A stretch of DNA of 63,063 nucleotides, counting the filler, from Lenisia limosa (Eukaryota; Protista; Breviatea), in the NCBI GenBank assembly GCA_001655205.1. It is 9 parts of 9 records of this genome, joined end to end, with 100 filler letters (N's around TTAATTAATTAA, not from the genome) between each part and the next. Parts side by side here need not be neighbours in the genome. Positions count along the whole stretch, not along the records: positions 7,365 to 35,725 come from LPNZ01004645.1; positions 35,826 to 44,839 come from LPNZ01010228.1; 7 more parts are not named here. The stretch is one strand, 5' to 3'. Made by a program: the position numbers and the translations under genes. Within the stretch, counting starts at the first letter, position 1. Each line of letters starts with the position of its first letter. Of the stretch, positions 26,050 to 38,500 are shown one piece after another. The notes beneath the pieces were generated by a model that had not been told where the DNA came from, did not search any database, and saw only the letters and a program-made list of their open reading frames with translations.

Positions 26050-27978
26050 ATGTCGGAAGACAAGGGTAGTTTGCAGTTAGAATGTTCTTATTTACCTTTT
26101 TAGTGCGCTATTACACGCCAACTGAAGTGGCAGCACACAACCATCTTCAGGACTGTTGGTTAACCTGGAATGGAGCTGTTTACGATCTCACTGGCCTTGT
26201 AAGAGACCAAAAAAGTTGGTAGTAATGATAAACTATGATATAGCTAACTATTGTTTAAGGTGAAGACGTGGAAGTCATCGTTAACCACGCTGGTACTGAT
26301 GTATCCCATTGGTTTGATCCCAAAACTAAAAATGTTTGAGGGGTAGAATTATTCTGTTTCTCCACTCGCAATGCGCCCTCTATCTTTCCGCTGTTTGCCT
26401 CTTCCCTTCTCTATCATTCCAATTTTCTTCAGAGCTTGGGTATATCTTTGATTTTTTTGGTTTATGTGCGGTTCGTCTTTTAAGCTTCACAGAACAAATG
26501 TTTTTCTTGTTGCCGAATGATAGATTTAGTTACCAGATAATGAACAGATGTTATTTATTCTGTACTTATGAGTCATTAATGATTTTGAACAATAATACAA
26601 TTTTCAACGTTTCCTGAGTATCACCTACTCAGCTCCGACGCCATATCGACCCGACAACTGGAATCGAGTGCTACTTCTGTCCTGATGGTGTGCGGGGTAT
26701 TGCCCCCCCCCCCNNNNNNNNNNNNNNNNNNNNNNNNNNNNNNNNNNNNNNNNNNNNNNNNNNNNNNNNGTCATTTCTTGGACATTCCCCCTCGCTTTCC
26801 ATCATCAGAATGGAGCACTATTGATGAAGATGGTAAGAGGATGTTCAACTTTCAGCATCCTTTCTTTTCTTTTCCAGGTTACCCGATATACATATAGTAT
26901 ACGTGAAAATAAAAATAAAAATAATAATAAGAATAAAAAAACTCCCAGTGCCTGTTGTATGGGAGGAGTATTTTATGTTAACCCATATCCACTGGTGTTT
27001 TAATTACCCTGAGTATCAGAGTATCTTTGAGACTTGTCGGTTAATTACTACACGAGTGGATATGAGGCACCATATCACTGAGTGGAAAAAGACCCAAAAA
27101 GTGATATGATATTGTCACTGGTGAACTATATTTTCAACATAGTTTTATGAAACCCCATTTCCACTCGTGTGATGATTAACCGAATGAGAATCTGATTCAC
27201 TCGGTATACCCTTGTATTTTGAGAATGATCAGTGGGTTATCGTGAATCAAATGCATTGCTGATCAAGTATTTACTATCATCTATAAGGTTGCATTTCACC
27301 TACCAGGATCCCGCCCTTGGTGGCTCAGTCAGAAGTATTTGATTGGACTCTTGACTTCAGCCGCCCGAAAGATTTTGATTGTTAATACCCTGACTCAGCA
27401 AGAACATATTTTGGAGGTGAAGAAATTTATTTCAGCCTCTTTTCTTATTTTTTAAAGGTTTTTTGCAAGATTTGTTTTGTTTTTATTGTAAATGGGTTTC
27501 TTTATTCTATTTATAAAATTGACTTGTGTTTTTTTTTCTCTTCTAAATTCCTTATGTGTATCTGAAATGTTTGGTTGAGTTGATAATTTGGCTTTTTGAT
27601 TCATCTTCCCATTTTTTTTTGTGTAATGTATTGCACAACAGCTTTAACCTTTGTAGGTTTGTGAGGAGGACACCATTGATGATATTCGCACGAAGTACCT
27701 TGCCTACAATTCACACTCAAATTCCTATGTTTGGAAGAGATTAGGTTTGAGAGTGACATTTGAAGGTTTGTGCATTTGGGTTTTACCCCCCCCCCCCCAA
27801 CCGGGNNNNNNNNNNNNNNNNNNNNNNNNNNNNNNNNNNNGAGCTTGACTTGGCGTTGACCCTGAGTGAAAATGGTGTTGCTGACGAAGCGAAGGATTTC
27901 GTGGCGCTCGACATGTCTCCCTCAACTTACATCCCTGCCCTCCACATCTACTTCTCCGACGATTTAACGGTAGCGTAG
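26050..27978 (+). CDS. CYB5D1: Cytochrome b5 domain-containing protein 1 (flagellar radial-spoke associated)
   Basis: [150 protein letters not shown]. Confidence 0.93.
27000..27215. repeat. Dispersed repeat family D with long imperfect inverted arms, in a CYB5D1 intron; inverted copy at ~42125-42215
   Basis: GAGTATCAGAGTATCTTTGAGACTTGTCGGTTAATTACTACACGAGTGGATATGAGGCACCATATCACTGAGTGGAAAAAGA closely matches the reverse complement of 42125-42215. Internal arms CGGTTAAT..CACGAGTGGA / TCCACTCGTG..ATTAACCG. Confidence 0.72.
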
Positions 27979-28176
27979 TCACCCTGTATTATTGTGTTCT
28001 TAGGTTTTGTACAATGTTTCATGTATTTTATGGTCACCAGAATTGGGTGGACAGGTAAGATTGAGAACATGTTATTGTGGTGCTATTACAACACTTTGCG
28101 CAAAGATAAAGAATAGATTTCCAGGGTTTCTCTACAACACATTTGTTTTTATAATTAAATAAATGGGTCCATATTC

Positions 28177-29947
28177 TTAAAACTTTTGGTCGAGCCAGTC
28201 TTCAGGCCAGGACTCGGCTACAGCGGTCTTGAACTCGGAGAACTTCTCTCCAAAGGCCATAATGTTCTCAGGGCGGCTCTGTTTCCAGTACCGTGCCCAT
28301 CTCAACATCACCTGAAAAGTTACTAAAAACAGCAAATCGAAAAGTCACAATGAGAGTGCACCCATCTACCAAAGAAAACAGGTCAAAGAATGCGTTATCA
28401 GTATCATCATTGTCCACTATTCTGAACAATTAGAAATAGCCAAGCAGGCCCGAAAATGTACATTCATGCAGTGGTTTGTTCAAAAATTCTCGCGCACAAA
28501 CCTCTTATAGATGAAGGCTCTCAAGTGACGGTTATTCTCAAGAGACACCAGAGTGAAGTTGGTGACGTTGATGGCAACAACCGCAAATGAGTATCTAGGA
28601 GATGAGGTTGTAGGATATACTCTGAAGAAGCATACTCAAAGTCCTTATGGTGAGAAATATCGAGTATTTCCTTCGCTGCCACTTGATGCCGTTCGGATAA
28701 CTTGAGCATTGCGGTCAAGCCTAACATTCCCATCCCGCGGAAATCGGAACATGGGTCCTTTCTAGGCTGTCAATTGACAACTCTGACGATTCTTTTCGGT
28801 AGAAAAATGGTTTTCCTCAACTTTATCTTTAAGAAAGAGCCACTAACGCCTAGTAACACACCAAACCCGCTATACCCTTGGAAGCCAATTTCACCCCATT
28901 GACTAGTGAGTCGGGATTCAAGCACTGTTTCAGGCATCAAGTTATCCCAAAGCTGCTGTGGTAAGGGAAAACAGCCAATTTGAGCATTTCTAATCATTAT
29001 TGCTACAAAAATACTAAAGCACCATGAAATATTTCGCTCACATTTTGAAGCATCTTCTCATGATCTTCATTTTCTTTGTCAAACTGAGTTTTGGCGAGCT
29101 CACGGAGATTCCTACTTTGTAAGATCTGTTTTCCTCCAAATAAAAAGTATTAGATAAGAACCTTTCAATTCAATGTCCAAAAAATATAATTCCCCTTTTT
29201 ACTTTAACGTGCAGTAAAACTCTGAAATTGCTGAAACACACTGGTCAAAATAGTCCTCCTTCCTTAAGTGTCAAGGGGTTCAAAGAAGACATACGTCAAT
29301 TCAATCTTCTTGAGATTGTGTATTGTAGACTTGAAAGAGGTTGTATCTTGGGTGGACTTGAAACTGGCAAGACACTCCTAAACACAACATTAACAAAAAA
29401 GTGAAGATCTGCTGCCAATAACGAACAAGCTCACCTTGAGAACAGTGGAATTGAAAATTGAGCGGTCTGGACCATAAGTGAATTTCAAAAAGCACTCTTC
29501 TTAACAAAACACCCTCTGAATTAATATAATGTAGACTATTAATCTGATTATTTGAATAAATTAAACGGAAATAGATGCATCAATCAAAATAATAACAAAA
29601 ATATATAAAGTAGATTAGCCTATGTACAAATGAAAAATTGCAATTGGCATTTCTGGACCCGGCCAACCTGCAGCAAGAACCATCCCCAGGGGATTGGACG
29701 AACAACAAATACGGTTCAATTCAGATCCAAAGCCGACCGAGTTCAGAAGGTACTTAATGAGGCTGTAAAGCTGCAGTATAAATTCGGGAATTAACTGCAA
29801 GACTGCAAGTTTGGTAACACAAAATAATTGTTCACAATCCCAAGCAACCTTGATACCATACGGAGCCAGAGACTCCCTGATGATAGGAGGAATGACAGTG
29901 GACAGAGCAGCTTCGAGAGCTTCATAGAGGTAGAAAGCGTGATTCAT
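28177..29947 (-). CDS. ELMO/CED-12 domain protein (ELMOD1/2-like ARL GAP), multi-exon
   Basis: SELNRIC; LWDNLMPETVLESRLTSQWGEIGFQG-KDPCSDFRGMGMLGL; YSFAVVAINVT; W..SRPENIMAFGEKF. Confidence 0.88.
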
Positions 29948-30227
29948 TGATAGTTGGGTAAGCGGTACAGGTTACGGCTGGTTTTTTTTGGATATATTGT
30001 AAAACTCCCCTAATTAAATAAACCCCTTGATTAAATACAGAATTGACCCGTTGATGGCAAAAAGGCGCTACAATAACAGGATATGTACACGCTGTAGGTG
30101 GAACCCGGGAGCACCCTGTTCCAAAAGTTAAAATCGATGAATTCCAGATTTTACGAGAATAGTTAGACTCTTAAGTAGAAAACAAAGCTTGTTCAAAAAA
30201 ACCAAATCTAAACCCAGTCCAACAATA

Positions 30228-31300
30228 ATGAATTTCATTTTTTTCGCACTCCTTCTTTTGGGAGTCACCTTCGCTGCCCCTCTTAGAGGCATGCCCAAGG
30301 CCAACGAACAGCTCACTTGGTCCATGACCCTTGCTAATGAAGGTGAAATGAAGGTATGAAGGTATTTTTGGTCTTTAGTCGCAAAGACAACAAGTTTTAG
30401 GTAGTTATTCAAGTGCAACAATTTTCGGAGTAATTTTTCAGGCACCCCACTTCCTCTCCAACCCCACCTACAAGCGCCTTGGAGACGTTGATCCTACTGT
30501 TATCATCAACACCGCCAAGGAGTTCTGGAAGTTCATTGAAGACAACAAACCTGTCGTTCATACCAACACCACTTATGTATGCTTCTCATTGTCTTGCTTG
30601 TCTTCATTATTGGTTAGGAACATCTTTGTTCTGTTTCCAGCATTGTAACTCACCCCAAGGCTGACGCCATTCCCCAAGGCATCACCAGCTGGGACCAACT
30701 TGAGAACTGGTCCATGCCCAAGCACCAGACCTGGATCCTTGTTGCCAAGAATACCTTTGGTGTTGAAGTTCTCCACTTCGAGTTCACCATCCAGTTCGTC
30801 TACGGTAGGCGGGTAGGGAGGGTTTCTGCTCGAAAACAATTCTAACCCTCACAGGTGGATCCTTCGAGGGTGTTGGCAAGTACATTACTGACGCCACCAT
30901 TCTCATGAGCCGTCTCGAGGTTTCTTGTGGGCTGGCAGATGTGGACAAATCTAAACCCCAATAGCAGTGTGGCTTCACACCGTGCTTGTTTCTACATTTA
31001 CGCTTTACAGGGGGCTACACTTTCAACGCAAATGTTGACGTCTCCAAGGTTCACAACCGTGGAACTAAGGTGGGTTGCCTTTGCAGTTTTTGTCCGGCCC
31101 TCCTTTCTCCTTGCTTCTGACCCTCTAGACCAACCCTATCGCCTCCATGACCATCAACATTCACCATTCTCTCGACTCCACTGTCAAGCACTCCGAGGTA
31201 TGGCTCTATTAGGTTTCTGTTTTGTCTCTTTGTGGTGATATTTCAGGGCACAGCCTCTTACTACATTGACGGTGAGGGCAACATCGAAAAGGCCAACTAA
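30228..31300 (+). CDS. Secreted ~220-aa beta-rich orphan protein with signal peptide, 7 exons
   Basis: MNFIFFALLLLGVTFA|APLRG..NPTYKR-LGDVDPTVIINTAKEFWKFIEDNKPVVHTNTTY-ADAIPQGITSWDQLENWSMPKHQTWILVAKNTFGVEVLHFEFTIQFVYG-GSFEGVGKYITDATILMSRLEVSW-GYTFNANVDVSKVHNRGTK-TNPIASMTINIHHSLDSTVKHSE-GTASYYIDGEGNIEKAN*. Exons splice in frame; codon bias resembles the carrier gene. Confidence 0.85.
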
Positions 31301-31500
31301 ACCGTTCCACTGCGTCACTCGGTTAAGTCCGCGTGAAATGCATGCTTATATCATCACCAATGAGCTTATGGAATCAGAACTTGTTACATTATCTGCGTAG
31401 TGCATAAACAAACTGAAATCTTCAGCTGAAGAGATGAGAGATAAGGGGGAAAAAAAGGGGGGCATTTGGCTTACTTGTACAGCATAAATATACTGGCAGT

Positions 31501-34287
31501 TTATTTGTCAATAGCATCGTGAGACCTCTTTCCTGGGGCGGGCAACTTCGGGAAAGTGAACATGACACACATCATCACCTAAAAGATATCAGAGCTTATT
31601 CCTCCTCTCAATCAAGTTAATTATTTTCCATTCCTATAATAAACATTTCCCACCTTGAAGGGGGCAACTCGCCTCACGGTTCGCACAGTCATATCTGCAA
31701 CAGAAACACCCAAAACTCCCTCACATCTCTGAAGATAATGAAACAAAGGATCCGTTTAAATGAGTGTCAGTTCCATGACGCAATTATTATAAACATTCCA
31801 AACATACCTCTTTGACCTCTTTCAAGCGATCTTCTTCCGTGTCACCCTTGGCAAAACAGTAACAATACACTCTGAAACGTTGGTAGGAGAAGTTCAGCTT
31901 GATATCATTATTAATATTATACCTGGGGTGGACCTTGCCTTCAGGTGCCTCATGCTGCAGGGCTGGAATTTCACGGAAAACATCTAGAAATTGTTAATAG
32001 GGTGCTTGCTTGTATCCCACCTAGAAATTCGGGGGCACTGGCAGGAAGGTTCATAATGACAGTTGTGAAGGGAAGTGTACAGGACACAAGAGGGTCTTCA
32101 GAACTGAAGGGTGAGGGATAAAGATAGCATAAAGTCAACTTTGAGTCCCCTACATTGCTATTCTGTGAAAACACCAAGCTAGTTGCAAGTAAATATTGAT
32201 TTCCTCACAATTTGTTTACGTTACAAGACTTGTCAAAAGTTCACTTGAAACCGCTCCCACCTGCATAAATCACGGACAAACTGGCGACCACAGACATTGG
32301 ACGTGAGAATGTTCTTGATCTAAAAAGTGCTAAGGGAGAAACAATACTGAAATTTGTCGCAAAGATGAACCACCAACCATGCGGAAAAGATAATTACCCA
32401 CCTTATTCAACTTGACATTGTGACAAAGGTATTTGTAGCTACTCGGGTTGAGGTCATTGGCATAGACCTAAGATAGTGACGCCGAGGGTTCTTGTTGCAA
32501 GATAGAAAGACAGTTCTAGATCTCTGAAACGCATATTCCCAGTGGGGGCTTTGATATTGGTGTTAGTTTATTACATTTGGTAGTGACTCGGCCAAAATGA
32601 TGGTTTATACCTGTTCCTACCTTGATCTTTCTGCGAGCAATGGGCAGTGCAAATGGACCAATACCACACATCATATCACCTAAATGATAAGCCACAACTA
32701 TCCAAGACACCTCAGGGTTAACAATTTATGCAACCAACGTACACGCAACATCCTTTTTGGTGTGTGCCTTGACAATTCGAGAATGCTCCATTTGTAGCCG
32801 TGAATTCCAATACACTTCACCATAGTTGAATTGAAACCTAATATTGGCTTCATTCTAAGGAATAAGCTTAAGGTCCCTTTCAAATTTAAATAGTAATATC
32901 ATATCTAATTGTATGACGCAGAACCCCCCTCGGGATGAAAAAGGGAATTATAGAGTCCAAAAGAAGAACCACTCTAACCAATTCAACATTGAGATCTGTT
33001 TTGCCTGCAATAACCTGTATGGTAAAAAGCTGGTGAAAGAGCATCAACATGATAAGATGTCACTTGTATTTGTAAGAAAGGAAAGGTGCCTATCAGCAAA
33101 CTACCACCCCCTTACCTCCATAGGGAAGACACGGAATTCGTTACTAATCTCCGACATTTTGTTTAAGACAGTTTCAATGTTGGGGTTCTTCTAAACCCAT
33201 GTTATTTAACGGTTATTATCCAATTTATAAACAATATAGCTCAAAGATATCACTTTTAGTTTTACCTCGAGCAAGATCTCTCCAATCAGTTTTTGGTACG
33301 GTAAACATTCCTTCCTACAAAGAACATCAGCGGTTTCATCAGTGCAGATAAGATAAAGGGACCTTTTTGATAATTGGTATGGAATATAGCTAGTATATTG
33401 CGTAACAACTGTCTGCACATACTTGAGGTTAACATGGGCAATATGGCCGACAGTTTCGAAAGCAGTTTGGACTGTCAAACCCTCGGGGAGGAGGTGGGCA
33501 AGAACACATTCTGCTGGATCAGACAAGCCACTATTGTAGATGCCAATATTGTAGAATCATCATAAGTTCTTAAAAACGCCAATATTGTAGAATCATCATA
33601 AGTTCTCACTATTCTTCAATCTCCAATTATTTATGCCATACTCACCCGCAGTCAATAACTTGTATCCGACTGTCATTTTGTGCTCAACAAAGTCGCCAAC
33701 AGACAAGGCCCTCAGTCGCTCTTGAAGATCTGTGGGGACGTCGTTCAAGCCTGGTGTGTCATTGGTATTTGAGACAATAAATATTTGCCACAAATATGCG
33801 TCCTGAGAAGTGGCAAAAAAAGGCTCAGCTCTCACATACACAAGGGGAAAAAAGCTAGAGATTTGGGAGATAAATAATGCGTCGATACAATAGAGGGCAA
33901 GATAAGGTATTTGTAACCCGGATAGAAAAAATAGAGCATACATGTATACTTCTGATTGAGAACAAGCATTTTGGTACCGTTCACAAAAAGGACAGAAGGA
34001 GTTTTTGGCAGGTCTAATGCGAATCTATTGCGCGTTATTAACTGGTAAAAAGATGAAGATTTCAAATGATTATTGCAATAGAACTAAGAACAAAGCACAG
34101 TCAATCAATTTTCGACATACTTTGTCTTTTTCGCTTCCTTCATCAAGTTACTAAGATTCTCATTCTTGATTGGGATAGCAACAAGAGTGAAGGTATGATC
34201 GAATGCTGCCCTGTCAAAGGTGTACTTGTCATCCTCTAATTCGACAAAAGGTACCAGATATGGGTCTTGGGGACGTTTTTCTGTCAT
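31501..34287 (-). CDS. TRM5: tRNA (guanine-37-N1)-methyltransferase, multi-exon
   Basis: LPEGLTVQTAFETVGHIAHVNL; LPYQKLIGEILL; FNYGEVYWNSRLQMEH; DMMCGIGPFALPIA; NMDGRDF; VIMNLPASAPEFL; MMCVMFTFP. Confidence 0.93.
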
Positions 34288-34633
34288 TTTTTTTTATATT
34301 CTCTTTTTATATTTTTTAATATTTTCTTTAAAGGAAGGGAAGGGGGGAAAAGGGGAGGAAAGAGAAAAAAAAAAAATTGGAAATCTAGTTTACCACGGTC
34401 ACGGGGGTATATTGAGTGGCGGAAGGAGATAATTGCAATCAAAAGCAATCGCATTGTAGTGAACCCAAAACAAAAAAAAATGCCCTCCCTGTTGTCTCTA
34501 GGGCCCGTTTTCTCGACCTTTTCTTTCTTATTATAGTCTCTCAGTATTTGCACCTTGAATTATCGAAAACTTGAACAAACGGGTGGAGCTTCTGAAGTCC
34601 GATATGGAAGTCAGGGAGGCAACTTAGTTCATT

Positions 34634-35560
34634 ATGGAGGAACCCTTCAGCCCTGTCCTTCTGACAGCGGTGAAAAATGTCAGTCCTTTTCTGACGGAGG
34701 TTGACATTGAGTCCCCAAGAACTCCACGCTCTGCTACCGGGTATGAGAGTTACATTCCTATGTTCCCTATTCCAAAGTTGTATTTTCTGTTCTCACCCCT
34801 GTTTAAGGAGGCCCGGAACAGCCATTAATGATACCCCACGAACCAAAATCAAACGCCTCTCTGATGAAGCGTGGGGGGGGGTGTTTCTTTTCCAAAGGTC
34901 GGAGTATTTCGTGGGTTGGGTAGCAGCATGGGAGAATGGACATGTTTCACCGTTTTAGACGGGAAAGAGCCGTGCAGATGCAAGGCATGGTGTCTGTGGA
35001 GGTCGTGAAAGCGCTCATGAGAAACGCCCGAGGTTAGTCCTTAACGACGTTGTGCATGGGAATGAAGCTATGCCCTGGAGCATCGCGCTCAAATGTTTAG
35101 CCAATAGATGAGTTTTTTTTTTTGTTTCAGAATTCACCCCCTCCAGAGCAGCTTGTTGAAGTTTGGGAGGACACGCGGGAAATTATTGTTGCGCCAGCAG
35201 CAGTGTCGTCGCATGTCGGACCGAACCTAGTGTTTGAGACCGTGCCTTGTTGGGGGTGTTTGAGACCGTGCCTTGTTGGGGGTGTTTTGAGACCGTGCCT
35301 TGTTGGGCGGGCTTTTTCTTATCTCTTAGCAACTGCGGCTGGGAAGATTCTCGAAAGATACTCCACTGAGGTTGAAATGTAGGCCCTTGGTAGTTTCTTC
35401 TTTTTAGATTACCAATGTGATTGAGACAGTGCTTATTCCTATTCTCTATGAACAGGCCATCGTTTATGGTCTAGAGACGAGGATGGCCAGAGTGAAGGGA
35501 GTCAAGAGTATGATGATGAGGATGCTGCGTGCCCTTTGCTCAGTTTGAACGTATGTCAGG
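34634..35560 (+). CDS. Probable multi-exon gene fragment, unknown product
   Basis: Exon-like segments MEEPFSPVLL..SPRTPRSATG, TPRTKIKRLSDEA, NSPPPEQLVEVWEDTREII. No family recognised. Confidence 0.35.
35231..35306. repeat. ~26-bp minisatellite x3
   Basis: GTGTTTGAGACCGTGCCTTGTTGGGG repeated three times. Confidence 0.9.
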
Positions 35561-38500
35561 CATCAGTGCAGATTTAGGGCTTCCCTATTCAAAAAGACTG
35601 AATGTCTCTATAAATATCGATATTTTACCGGTCTTTTTCGGACCGTAGGGAAACTCTATGCAGATCGATAATGCATTGTCAAAGTAGACTATCCTTAGCA
35701 CCCCTCATAATTGTGATATTATTCANNNNNNNNNNNNNNNNNNNNNNNNNNNNNNNNNNNNNNNNNNNNTTAATTAATTAANNNNNNNNNNNNNNNNNNN
35801 NNNNNNNNNNNNNNNNNNNNNNNNNGGGGGGGGGGGGAGGTATATTTTATAACTTGTCCATTTTTTACTTTGTGTCTAGTTTTAGCGCTCGTTTGTTATT
35901 GCCTGTTTTTTTTGTTTTGTTTTTGTTTGGGGTTTCAGATTATTCGGTTTGTGAGGGGGGTCGACATATATAGTATATATCATATATATATTGTTTCGGC
36001 TTGACCCAAATATACGTTTTGATATAAAATAATATATGACATACAACTTTTTTTTTTGAAAAACCCAATTTTCAAAAAATTTCAATTCACATAAAACAAA
36101 GTACTAAATTAATAAAGGTATGTCAGTCAGTTTCGTTAACTTTGAGAATCGCTTTATCCACAGTCAAAGGCTCCAAATTCTCCAGGAAATTCCGAATTCT
36201 TCTGAAGAGGATGTGGCGTTTGTTCCTGAACCCTTCTCCCCACTTATATGCATCAGATATACATTGGGATTTGCCTCTACCCTACCCTACCTAGTATTAC
36301 ATATATACGACGACCCCCCTGAGTAGTACCTTTACGCCAATATTATTTATCGAAATTTCCTTCGTTTTACTCCCGGAAGCGCCTGGCCTGGGCTTTGTNN
36401 NNNNNNNNNNNNNNNNNNNNNNNNNNNNNNNNNNNNNNNNNNNNNNNNNNNNNNNNNTTCCAATTTACCCCCCCCCCCTCATTACATAGGCGTCATGTGG
36501 CTTCGCGGGGCTGAGGAAGACTCTGCGAAACCCTTACGTACTAGTGGTGTTTCAGTTACTCCTGGGATGCTATCTTTTGGCATGTGCCTTTTTGGAGGGT
36601 TGGGGGCTTATCACTCGTTCTGAGGCCAATTTGATTGTATTACAATGAGGTCTCTTTTTGAATTCTTTTCGAGAGTTTACATCCTCATTGTTCAAACGGT
36701 CGAAAGTATGTGAATTTTGGAAATTGCTTAAGTTGTGCTTTTTGAATGATATTGTTTGATTGGAATTTGCACTAAGCAAATAGATCCTCCTGTTGGTCCG
36801 TCAAAGGAGGCAGCCTACTTTGTTGCAGCAGTCTACGGGTTATTTGGCCTACTTAGTGGGGAGGGATGAAATCGAACCAGGTTCTGATATAGGTATAAGT
36901 CAGTGAATAAAAAGGGCCCAGTGCATAAAAAGGGGCCCAAGGGAATAAAAAGGGGCCCAGTTTTTGAAAAATGTCTTGTTTTTGAGGAAAGTCTTCTTTT
37001 TGCTCGTTTAAGTGTACTTTGCTTCTCGGAAACGATGGAGAGATTAAATGTATTTCAAATCAATAATAAGAGAAAAAAGACATCATAAAAACTATACACG
37101 AGAGCTCCAACCTAAAATAGTCAAAAATGATTCGTCATACTCCGTATTAATTAAGTAATTGTGTGAACTATCATCAGGTGTGGCCACTCGTGTGATATAG
37201 ACAAACGATTTCAATTCAAACTCGTTTGTGCTATCCTTTCCACCCATATTCTCAAGTAATATGATAGACCCCCTCCTCCCCATATCTTGTTATGTAGTAG
37301 GAAGTCCTAGATATTGCTATACTGTAGTTTTGCTAAACAAAAATGATATTAAGGTAGTTACGTTACAAGCTTCATTTGCAAAGTTAACCGAAATTCAGCC
37401 GGATACCTATGCACCATTACGTACATTGTGGCCATGGATCTGGGTACCCCTGACCAGGCAAAGAGAATCACCAAGGCAACTGGATTGGCTAACCAGGTGT
37501 GGAGGGATGGTATTATGTACGAAGGTGATTGTTTTAATTACGACAAATTACACTTCCACAAGAAATACAACTAAATAGATTGTATCGGAACCCGTTTCAT
37601 TTATTCAGCTTGGGTCCCTTGGAGGCTCGTTCTTGTCAATGGGGTTGATCAATGCTCTGCTCTAAGTTTCTCGTCTGTTTCGCACACTGAGGATTGTCTC
37701 CTTTGTGTTGTCTTCTCTGATTTCATATTTTCGAATATATAATGGTATTCTGTTTCTTAATTGGCTAAGTTGATGTCATTATATCACAAAATCGTCAAAA
37801 TATTCATGGATCGTCGCTATTCTTTTGATCTGTTTTCCTGAGGCTATCCCATGTTTGACAGCAAATGACCAGGGAAAGCTGAATACTAAGAAGACCATTA
37901 TTGAGAGAAATATGACCTCCACGAATGACCGTCGAAATGAAGGTGGACTTCTATAAGGAATGAGAGATGAAGGAAAACCAATATTTACAAAATATAGGTT
38001 GGTGTTTTAACCCGAACATGATTAAAACCGCGAAAGCCAAAAATCGACATAAATGGCTTCAATAGCACCATTTTTAGTGTGAAAGGCAGTTTTGAGCACT
38101 ACACTATCAATAACATCAAAAAAAAGCAATTTTGACCAAAAAGAAGAAAAAATAAGAAGAGAAAAAAAATTCGAAAAATGATCTTTTGATCAAATCGAAC
38201 CCGGCCGGGGTCACCCAGTTTCCTTTACGCCAAAATAATTTTGAAAACCCCCTCTTTCAGAGTAATGGCATTTTGATAATTAAAGTGCCACACTCTAGAA
38301 ACGCAGATTTTTAAGGAGAATTCGAATCTGAAGTTCAGAATTTTCCTTGTTCTGTCGAAATAATGGAGCCAATGGACGAGATAGACGTCTGATTAAAAAA
38401 GTATATGCTGAGTCAGTAACCCATTTACCGTTCTGGAACAGCACAAAAGCTGATAGTCAATTAGCTTGATTTATTAATATCTTCAATAATATGGTCGCCC

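Noticed and set aside
33542-33606. 29-bp direct duplication inside TRM5
   Set aside because: It lies within a predicted intron and does not affect the reading frame; a trivial slippage event.
7365-35725. Possible U12-type intron expansion (as in Physarum), prompted by the homopolymer-rich introns
   Set aside because: None of the donors I resolved has the RTATCCTT signature; all look U2-type.
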